From contig JAYWIR010000001.1 of NCBI GenBank assembly GCA_036172245.1, positions 4,464,001-4,528,000 on the forward strand: a stretch of 64,000 nt of DNA, read 5' to 3'. The DNA comes from Raillietiella orientalis (taxonomy: Eukaryota). The stretch's first letter is position 1; each line of letters opens with the position of its first letter. The notes below the pieces were generated by a model. That model saw only the letters and a program-made list of their open reading frames with translations, did not search any database and was not told where the DNA came from. Below, one piece after another: positions 50,301 to 64,000 of this stretch. The translations under genes were made by a program, and so were the position numbers.

Positions 50301-53300
50301 ATTGGCCCAATTAGGATTACTCTCTATGGCTGGTGATTTGAAATTCCCAAAGAAACTTGGCGGGAATCAGCGGAGGGGAACGACAGAAAGGCTAATTAAC
50401 GACATCATCATCGTCTTGCTTCTTTTAAATAGAAGCTCTAAAACAGGGTGTTTCGACGCTAGTCGCCTTGAAAAATTCCGTGCTTTAATGCTACAAACAC
50501 ACACCCCGGATTTACCGGCTACAAAAAAAAAAAAAAAAAAAAAGGTCAACCAAAACTCTTGTGCTTCTTCCGTCGATGCTTGCTGGCTCCTGAGGATCGC
50601 TGGCGCACCGAAAAGCATAAGGCAGTCATGCAGAACGACTCGTAGCGTTCGTTTCATTACCCATGCTGATTGTTGCCACTTTCCCTAGCTTGGAATTTCT
50701 AACCACCACAACCCACAATCGGACGCTTTCATCATGGCCACATAATCGCCCCGTGAAGACTCATATTAATAAAACGCGAACCTCGGCTAGTTCGCGAGCT
50801 TACATTTGTAGCAGTATTCTCCGGTTTTGAGTGTGCTGCTTCTTTGCCGAAGATCACAACATTGTATTACTCCAGTTGACTCGGAAGGTGGATCTATTTT
50901 TTTTTTGGAAGCCATGGCTTAAGAGGTCTGTCGATGCAGGTTTAAAACCGTGCATAGACCGCCGAAGCAGCAAGAACCGACTCCTGGGTATTTTGCAATC
51001 GGTAGCTGTATTGATACGTTCTCGGAATGCTATCGTGATGGAGGGAAAGAGATTATTCTTTTTTCATAAGGGTAGCTGCGTGTGATAGGACCTGTTTTAG
51101 ACCGAAATCTACGTGGTTGCCGACTGAATTAGCAAAATGAAATTACAGAATACCGAAATCAAGAAACTATATTTACGAAATATCCACGGGCATTCCATGG
51201 GGATGCTCTGATTTATAGGTAGCGCAACTGAGTCCGCACATTCCACGAATTGGGTGAACTCCATGATTTTCTATCGAGAAATGAGCCTGACGTGAAACCT
51301 TCCAAATGTGTGTATGTGTGTGTTTTTGCTACCAACTATTGAATAAAAAACTTGTTGTGCGTTGGATGTCCGTAGTAGCGGCAGATACAGACCGTTATAA
51401 TACGCCAGTATTAGCTGTCATGTGAAGTAGCTCCTGTATGCTGCGTCTGTTGAAAAAGAGTGCCACAAAAAGGTAATGGCACCCCTGGGGGTATCGTTGT
51501 GGATGGACGGCAGGTTAGGCAACCAGTTCACGGACACGACCTTAGGTTACTCTTTTCAAATGTTTCTGTCCAATTCATTAAATTGCATTTTCCAAATATA
51601 ACTCAATATTGAATTTAAATGCAAGTAGCATTTATCGACCAATATTTAAAATAAAAGAACTATACATGAGCAACAAAACAAATTCTCTTTTCCCAATATT
51701 TTCGATATATTTCCGTCATAAACAAAGCAAAATTTTGCCTCCGCCGTCTTGCAGCAGTTGGAAAAATGAACCCAGCTCTTGCTTCAATTACAATAAAGTG
51801 CATTTTTAAAATTGAAGGCGGTCTGAGCATTCAATTTATCCCGACACAAGAAAGAAACTTACCAACTCTTCGAAACTGAGTGAAGTTGGTAGAGGCGATA
51901 CCCAAGAATGAATTTTAGAATTTTTCTTATGGAAATAATGCCAGCATGCAAAGATCACATATCGAATCGGTAGCTTACTGCTTGGTACCCTGTAACAAAA
52001 TACCACTCGGTGTATTCAGAAGCACCCTCCAATCTCTAGTTATCAAGCATTTTTCATTTAAAGAAGTGCTCGTGATTAAAAATCAGCATTCTTTTGGATA
52101 CGCTTCCCACTTTCTATTCTCTCAATAAGGAAGAATGAATGCACGAAATTCACCATCATCGTTCCTGAAGAGCAAGCAATCCTCCTGTACATGGATTGTT
52201 TCCTAATCGTCTCTACGAATGAAAATGGTAGAATGTAGAAATGGTAGAATCCAAAATCATTCCGGCGAGCGCCTGTGCTCTGAGTGCAATCTTTGGGTAA
52301 TACAATGCTACTTTGTGAATTGTCGATAAGGTACCTTAAAAAAAACTGTTGAAAGGCAATGGATGTTTATGAACTGCTTGATTAATATCTTTAATTATGT
52401 TCTCTATGCTGCCAACTGATTTTGAGTATCTTATCATTATTGACAAAAGACAATGACTATTTTCCTATTGTTGAATTTTTTAAAAATTCCAATTTTTGGC
52501 ATATGTTTCTGCAAACCTAGTTAAAAAAATAAATCGTGGTATTTTTGCGTTGAAAAGCTTTCCGTGGCTCCAATGGAATGTAGAATTGGAATCTGAATTT
52601 ATTTTCTGGGAAAATAAGTTACTATGAATATTATCGCAATTTGTCGAATTTCTGGAAAAAAAAAAAAATGGTAAGTAGTTGGCATTTCTGTTTGCTCTGA
52701 TGGTGGAAATGAACTTAAGTGTAAATAGTAGCGTGTATTTAAGTGTCTGAAGAAATTTGTAGTGATTATTTGGTTATCTTCCGCTAATGAGTTAATTAGT
52801 GCAAGTTGTGTTCACCTTTTTGGTTATGCTCGGTTGATTAGTTTAGGGGACACACTAGCCGAAGCTGGTTGCGTTGATACCGTGTTCGTGTGATGCTATC
52901 CTAAGCGTATAATTTTAGCATAGCGTTATGTAGTGCATTATTCTAAGATTTGATAAAGTATGGATTAGAGATTGCTTTATGTTTGTTTCGTTGTAATTAA
53001 ATGGGAATTAGGCAATAATTTTTTTATTTTGTTGAAAAAGAAAATGTATCAATACGTTTTTTTTTCCTGAGCTTTCAATTCGGAATTTTATTTCAGGAAT
53101 GGTGTTTTTCTGTTGAATAAGAATTTCCTTCGTATTTGCTTTATGTTGATTAGCCCATCTACGAAATGTTACATCATTTTTTCACTAAAGATTGGAAACA
53201 TTTCTTGAATAATGTTTGGCAACATGTTTTTCAACTTATTTGAAACAAATTGAAGACAGAATGTGTGCTTGGTAAGTTCGAATTTTCTTGTCAAAATTTT

Positions 53301-54113
53301 GAATAAAAAAGTTAATTATTGTCAACACGCAGTCGTATGTGTACGGGACTACGGAATTATATTGCATTAAAAGTAACTCTTGCATTTCTTTGTATTTAAT
53401 TAGGAAGGTGTATTTTCGAGTACCCGTATTATGTGATATGTTATTTGTTTTTAAAAATTAATTATTGCCGATTTGTTTTAAAGGCATAGTAATTTGTATT
53501 GATTCAGAATGCAAATAAGAGTAAACGAGATACCTTGCCCAATATTTGCTTAGAAAAAAAACAAGTCTTTAAGCCTAATAAATTTTCTTAAGATGTGCAT
53601 TTTTTTATCCCTTTTTTTGGGTGGGAGGCAAAGTTGGAAACACTGTTGCAAAGTTGCAAATACATCCTCGTTATGCATCTCAACTTTGGTGCCAAATAAC
53701 GTTTTTAATTTGTTCTTTATTACGAAGTTGTTTGCAGAGTTGCTTTCTGAGAGTTACATGGTGAATAAGCTTAATGCCCTAGCAGGTATCCCCATGAATT
53801 TCTAATTCATATAGTTGGACGTGTGTAAGTGGATTTTAGATTGATAAATCCATTTTCACTTTCATAACGAAAATATAAATATGATTAAATTAACTTTTGA
53901 TGTCACAGTCCTTTAAAAATTTATAATGGTTAAAGTTTGGTAAAGGCACCAAAGTATACGATACTTTAAATAAAATCTTTTTAAATTTTTTGTGATCCAA
54001 TTGATCATTTAACTTTGCTGTATTTAAACAATTTTTTGTACCATGCATGTTGCATTGAGAGCACATTTTATCTGAGCAGAGGTTGCTTGTAATGATTTGC
54101 AGTTGAGGGAATA

Positions 54114-57138
<3,025 letters not shown>

Positions 57139-57270
57139 GAGGCTTATTCTGTCTTGATGGTTTGTCTGTGTTGCAATTTTCCTGAGTGTTTTGCTACACA
57201 TGCAGCACAGATCAGCCATTTCACTTTTGCCTCCTGACCTCATCACCTGTGATATGTATCTTTAAATGAC

Positions 57271-57276
57271 AATAAA
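57271..57276 (+). promoter_or_regulatory. Candidate polyadenylation signal of PAP
   Basis: AATAAA about 130 nt after the modelled stop, followed by GT/T-rich sequence. Confidence 0.55.
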
Positions 57277-58349
57277 GATGTTTTGTATATCCACGGCCTG
57301 TCTGCAATACAACATGGGGACAGTACATCAAGTTGGGTCTGTGGTAATTTGCTACCATTATGATTTTCAATTACGCGTTTGGATAAAAAAATAATTGCCT
57401 GGGTAAAAAGTGTTTGCACATTTTAAAGATATGCAAATCTCAGTGATTACATGACTAATTTATTTTTGTATGGAGTCCAAAACATTTGTAATATGTAAAC
57501 AACTGAAAGAGCCAATTTGGTGACATACAAGACTTTAAAAGCAGTTGCGATAGTCTTTGAATCGAAATGTCTTCCAAATCAAGGTGTTCTGTTAATTTGT
57601 GGATCCGTTAAATTGGTGTTATGGTCCTTGCTGGAAATATCAATAAAATGTTACAAGTTTCTCCAAGATACCCATCAAACTCGAAGTACCGATAGTACCC
57701 CTCTGATATAGCTGTGGAGCAATTAATGCTTAATTGCTCTTCAGCTGGTTTTTCCATGAACTTATGCTAGTCTGTTTTTCCTATTTGGACAACTTCCCGC
57801 AGTTGAATTCATTTTGCAGTGGGTTTGACGTTTCTTTCTGGTTCCTTCGCGAATACAATGTTGGGGCGGTTTTGCATTTGGCATGCATCACGTGGGTGGA
57901 TTTTTGAAATATCGATTTTGTGAATCTTTAAATCACCAAGAAGCTAGCTTGCAAAACCAAACAATTTGAGTGCCTCTAGTCAATAACTGAGGAAGCCTTT
58001 TCGCTTTCAACTTGGGGATTATTCAAGGTATCGCGAAAGATGCTAAAGTATGTTCAGTCCATTCTCAACCTCATTCCAACATTGGATTGTGCAGTGGTGC
58101 CTGCCAATTTGTTCCCAATTTTTGTACACAGGTCCAACGATTGCATTCTAAACAAATGACTCAGTATCGGTATAGCATATTCGAAGAACGAAACGAATCT
58201 GAAGTCGGGGTTCACGGGATGAGGCTTCACTTTTTATGCCAGAAATTCGTGTATATGCCACACATGCATTTACTTTATTGCATGCAGTCAAATTACTCAT
58301 ATATGGAAATTCGAGAAGAAACAGATGAAAAACCCAGGTTATCTTTTTG

Positions 58350-60750
58350 AAAGCGAGCCCCTAGTAAAAAGTCTTCACGTAGTTCGCCTCTATCAAGTTA
58401 GAACTTGGCAAAACATTAAATGGGATCCATTTCCTTCGAGAATTTGGATAGCTTTCAGGCTTTTGAAACGAATGAAGCAAATTCGTTAATTTTTTTCCAA
58501 TCGATGAATTGCTGATCGTCATCCATTGGTAATTCATGCCAATGTGATAAATAGAGCTCTTGAAAGTAGGGCATCGGTAAAATTCAGATGATATCTGAAA
58601 AAAACATACCCAATGCCACAGTGACTTTCAAAGAGTTGATTAAACCTTAGCAACTGCTGTCTTTGAAAAGTTGGTCGCATTTCTAACCTCACAAATTGGC
58701 GAATCAAGACGAAACGAGGGCATCCTAGTGTCAGTGCAAAAGTTATATTTGTAAACTACTACATAGTTTATACACTCCATTTTTATGAGAACTAAAAAAC
58801 ATAGGATTTTATCAAGGCTTATAAACATCTATGGAACTTATTCATCCTTCAGTTCTCCGTAATTTGGTCAAAAGTGGCAAGCACGTGTGATGGACAATCT
58901 TTGGTTCACACTCAGGTACTTCATAAGGCAGAGACAAACTAGACGAAATCTTAACAAAATCATACCCCGAAATGGTAATTTGAAAACAGGATAGATAAAA
59001 AATATAATGAAGATAAAATATGAAATATTGTGATCAGCCCTGAGTCTGTAACCGTCCTGCTTTTTTTTTCCAACTATGAAACGACACAGCATAACTCCAT
59101 TTGAGAGCTGATTTTTGGACGTAAACTCTTCAGTAAACTCGGTATGTTTTGTTTTCTTTTCTTTGTCATCAACTTGTAATCTATATCTTCGAAACGGTGC
59201 TCTTCTGAAATCCATAATGCCCTCTTTTCTGAAATCACAAGAACTTACACCAAATTGTTCTCAAGGATGTAATCTACTTCCAGGATGACCGTTTCTGGAG
59301 AAGAAATTACCGTATTCTGGTTTGCAATTTAGATTTTCTATCAGTAAAGTTAATATCTTAAGGTTTAAATATCCTTAATACCAATGAAAAATATGGCCTC
59401 TCCAGCCAGCTTAAGATAAATGTAAACTTTCTTTGCCACTTCAGAGAAAGCGTTTGGTTTCAGTTTTGATGGATTCCATTTCGTATACGTATAGATGAAT
59501 TCAAGAATGCTATACATGCTTTCGAAGACCAGATTGACCACGAGTCTCAAGGATACAGGAAAAATTTCATCCATAGGCATCTTTATTTCTTTTAACGAAT
59601 CTCATAGCATTGGAGAAGGGTCCCGGTATCGTGATGAACACACACTAGGCCTTGGTAAAACTGCTGAAGTTTGACATAACGTTGGTTAACCTTTTCAAGA
59701 AAACTCTATGTGATCAGAGGACAGCACAGAGTAGGTGTTAAGACCAGGAAGAAAGCTTATAACTCCTGCATGATAACAATTAATACCCAGATTACCTATT
59801 CCATTCTCAACACAAACAGTAGATGGGGTAAAAGTTCCTTTTTCAATATGTCTCCCTGTGTTTTTTTAAGTCCATTGCAATAAAATTGAAGTGAAACTCC
59901 TATCAAATCGTAACCTCCGTTGATTAAGGATAAAACCTTAGATGACGTTGCAAATACCATTGATTCTTGCAGATTTTTGGAATCCGGAATTCATTACGTA
60001 GTCGTTATAACTGCCGATGCGTTTGAAAAAATGTTGCAAGATTTTCTCTTTACAAACTTCTGATCGAACTTGTCTAGATTGCAGCCTTAATGTTTGTGTG
60101 TAAACAATTTTGTAGATCATTAGTTGTGATTAAGCTTACGAGCTTTTTACCACAATCTCGCAAGAGTAAATGCTAATAGTTTTTACGTCTTTCTGGTTCT
60201 TAGATTGGAACTTTAAAGTCATTTGGGATCCAATACGGTGACGAAGCCTGGTCATTTGTTACTGAACTCTCAATTTGTGCTCTTCATACATCCACAATGT
60301 TTTTAGAGCATATGCACCTTATAGCAACTTCCGATCATTAATTTTTCCGTATTCGTAGAATGAAAAGGAAGGAGACACATCTCAGGAAAGTTCATCCAGG
60401 AATGCTAAGCCTCTCAGGTTTCTCTCGGGATGAGAGAAAACTCTGTTTTTGTAATAGTTTTACATTTCTTCTTTGTCAGAGTTCTCTTTGAAATTTACGC
60501 CACAAATGTATGGCCTCATAATTAAAATACTCCATACTCTGTCTTCAACATGCTTCAACAGTCTTTATAAACGTGAAATATCCAGATGTCTTGCTAAAAT
60601 CCTTTCTGCTTGTCTTTTTTATGGTTCATTGTTTGAGGACTTCTTGACTGAAGAAATGATTTCTGAATTAGAAATACTTCTATTTACTATATCAAGGGAA
60701 TGATATTGGTACTTGTGATTGGTTTAAAAATAATGGTATTTTCTGCAAAC
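58350..60750 (-). pseudogene. Disrupted long reading frame, possibly a NACHT/P-loop NTPase (NLR-like) pseudogene
   Basis: Protein-like minus-strand frames broken by scattered stops: KLQQFYQGL...MPMDEIFPVSL (resembles the pre-NACHT LxxIFVxL segment), RNGHPGSR (~Walker A GxPGxGK, ~59290), YFIFIIFF (hydrophobic strand). Weak match. Confidence 0.3.
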
Positions 60751-63442
60751 TTTTGAAGTTTGTTTTGTTCAGAAATTTCCACACATTTGCCATTGCTGCA
60801 GTCTGCTGCATATCACAGTTTATATTGTAAGACAAATGCTATTGATTTTTTTTTTTTAACCGGATTATTGATTATCGTTAGAATCAGTTGTAGGTTTTGT
60901 GGATATTGATCTCTAGTATATTAGAAGATAATATTATCTTAGAATTAGGATACGATTAGAAACTTTATTACAAATGAATAGCTAATTATTCGTTCCAGTA
61001 ATTCTTTATTCAGATCTTCGAAAAGGAAAAAATCAGTAGCTTCAGTATTATTACCTGTTCATGTATGAATCTCATCACATTTTGTGCATGTAAATATGCA
61101 TAAGATATGATAAGATAATAAGATAAGATGAGCAACAGCCTATTTATTTCTTCAGGTATGTCTTTGGATATAAAAGAGTTATATTAATAATATGTTAGTT
61201 ACATTAATGACGAATTGAGTAAGATAACATGTGATGAGTGAATCCTATTCTTTTATAACGAAAGCGACTGAGCTAAATTTAATCTTCCATTTTTGAGAAT
61301 ATTTTCCACCATTCTCTTGCCGAAATTCAAAGAAATTGCTTTGTACGTTCGAGTTTATGGATATTTTCCGTTTGCGATACGAAACAAGGTTTTAATGCTT
61401 CTCATTCCATATCTGAGCTTTTTAGTTCCTGCTGAAAACTTTTGGTGGTCTCTAAGTATTGTATTTGTGTTTCTTGTTTTCTTCCTGCTCTTGATAAGAT
61501 TCTTCTTGTTTTTCCATTAAATATGCGCGCGTACTGCAATTGTTTCTTCCACTCCTTTGAAAGTGCAAGCGCCATTATTTGCTGAAACAATATATATATA
61601 TATACAATTGTTCTTGATATTTATCTATTTTCTGGTTGCTTTGATATTATTATGTAAACATAGAAAAACGATATTCATCTTGCCAAATAGTTTTTGAGAC
61701 TTCTTTCCCCTATTCTGCTCGCACACCCATTATTTTCCTGTTTACATTTCCTTAGAGTTTCATGTTTCTGCTTATTGTTCTTTAATGTGAAAGGTATTCG
61801 CACAGTGATAGTTAAAATTAAAAATCCAAACACTAGTACATAATCCCAGTCTGCTGTTTTATGGTAGCCGTCCCCTTTTCACGTCTTTATTCGCATTTTT
61901 CCTTTATGAATCCTGATATTTTTATTAATCCATACCGAAAAAAAGATATTTTTTTGCGTAAAAATACAATTTTTCCTTGCCGACTGTAGGCTAATTTTCT
62001 CTATTAAATATCAAAAAAGGGAATTTCACTGAAAATAGCTGAAGAAATTATATATAAAGTTTTCTTCTCGATATTCCTAATTTCTAATATTGTGAATATA
62101 CTTTGGTTTCATCCTTAGCAGTGATTACTTCTTGTTACCTCGTTTTTTATTTCATATTTATATATATCTATGGATGATGTGCATTTCATAACCCTTCAAG
62201 AGCGTGGGAGTTTTTTTTTACTGTGCAGTCATTTTTGATTTCACAAGTTGAAATAAAAAATTACTACACAGTAAAATGTCCTATTTAATATATATTTCTC
62301 TTATGTACTATTACAGTTAATCTTCCGTTTTCCGTATAATAAATATAAAATACTATTGTGCTTCTTCAGTACATACAATTCTCTTGAACAGTGAAAGTAA
62401 TCTATTGATATAAATGTCGTATTATGAAATTATTTGGAAACTTCCACAACTCCTTAACATTCTTCTGTATCTTGCAGTGTGTGCGTGCGTTTTTTTATAA
62501 GCCTTCTATATTGCAGTTCTTGACTTTAGTCGTTCCTGAAGAAATTTGATTTTATTCTGAGAATTTCAGTGGTTGTTGTTCACTATAGCTTTTCTTTCAC
62601 TTTCTGTTTTTCACCAAGAGATTATTTCTTTTCACGTTATTTTGGAGGATTCTTAAACTCCATAGCAAGGCGCCTAATGTTGAATCTGAATTACATTTGA
62701 TTTCAGCATTTTTGATGATTGAATTAATGGTTTTCTCCAGCTTGGGTTTTTTCAGAATTCTTACTTCCATTTCGTGTGTGTGTGTGTTTTGTTTTGATTT
62801 TGGTTTACGAATTTCGATTTCCGTACCGGATTCTCTTATGCTTCAAAGCCTTTTCAGTTTTTTGTATCTCGTATAAAAGAAGTTTCGTAGGCTTTTTAAC
62901 GAACTGGATCGGTATCATTAGGGGAAAAAAAGTTTCTCCAATGAGAGCATGAAGAAATATCATTCGTAGGTCGGTTACACCGGTGTCTGATTTCCACCGT
63001 TTGATGGAATACTTAGATCTTAGAGCAACTGGTCACTTTGAGTGGTGCATTCAAAATTCACGTAACAGAAAAAAAAAAAAAAATGTGCATGTTAAATATA
63101 GTGTGTACCGGCAATTCAAGGGAATCTGGGCGGGTTTCAGATAAAGGGATGCTTCATCCTGTTTTCTGAGAATGGCAAAAAGTTTATTTGCCAACGTACT
63201 CTTCGTTTTGAGTGCAATTCACGGTGTTCGCACTCGTCTGATGTCCACCACCTGTTATGGCGTGCACATGAAAACAGAAATTTCTTTCTGGTTAAAACGT
63301 AATCAGGTTTTAAGAATCAATAATACTGGGATTTTAAATCCTTGAGTGCATCCGGTGGAAAATTGGCTTGCAGGGCCACTTTCCCATCCCCGTTTACTAG
63401 GGGAATAATTTTGAAATTTAATAATCCTAATTCATTTTTTTA

Positions 63443-64000
63443 ATGTTAAAATTATTTTGTACTCTTGTTGTACTGTATCAGTGGTTTGCAGTTTGCAGTG
63501 GACTCTTACTGGTGTACTTTTCTTTATTTGAAATCTTTACAATTTTAGGAACTAACAGTACTTTAGAATTTAAATGTTTAGAAATGAAACAGATAAATAA
63601 ATGGGGCAGTATTATGTACTATCTAATGCTATCGTGACAATGTTGCTTGAGCAGCATTTTGAATATGAGCAAAGACAATGAACAACAGTTAATGAATACA
63701 GTTGATAGACATGATCTGATTTCAAGATTAAATAAGATGACAGAGGTAAGCATTGGTCTGGCTTGTAATATGATTAATAAGCAAGTGGTTCTTTCAGGAA
63801 GAAAAAAACTCCACAATTGCTATTCCACAGCATGATATGGAGATATCCAAGAATCTGATTCAATTTCGAGAAAGTGTTGCAAAATGTCAAATGGTCATGT
63901 GTGAAGAAGCATATACAGACATTCGTACTGTAAAGTGAGAACTTACTAAGTCTTTTAAATATATTATTTTAGTATTTTTTGTGCTACCTGGAATATCAAT
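63443..64000 (+). CDS. Unknown spliced protein-coding gene, 5' part, truncated by window end
   Basis: Frame-consistent exons 63655/63665-63745, 63798-63929 and 63973-end, with 52- and 43-nt GT-AG introns (MSKDNEQQ...KMTE|EEKNSTI...DIRT|YFLCYLEYQ). A hydrophobic, signal-peptide-like exon 63443-63615 joins in frame via a 39-nt intron. No family recognised. Confidence 0.5.

Overview
Eukaryotic (metazoan, arthropod-like by protein similarity; inference) genomic DNA in three compositional zones. (1) About 1-13.4 kb is very GC/CpG-rich and holds a three-exon minus-strand class A orphan GPCR with long introns, plus a CR1-like LINE 3' end. (2) About 13.5-30 kb is intermediate in GC and mostly decayed mobile DNA: two copies of a tRNA-headed SINE-like repeat with an internal ~40-bp minisatellite, a Ty3/gypsy pol remnant and LINE remnants. 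One intact, solitary replication-type histone H2A gene sits among them. (3) About 30-64 kb is AT-rich and holds compact housekeeping genes with 35-53 nt introns: TFIIB (+) tail-to-tail with TFIIIC subunit 5 (-) with stop codons 13 bp apart, golgin-84 (+) tail-to-tail with alpha-SNAP (-) 54 bp apart, canonical poly(A) polymerase (+) with a complex AUG/uORF-rich leader, a probable NACHT-type pseudogene and the 5' part of an unknown gene at the right edge. All exon models were built by hand from GT-AG sites, frame continuity and remembered family motifs; no database searches were run.
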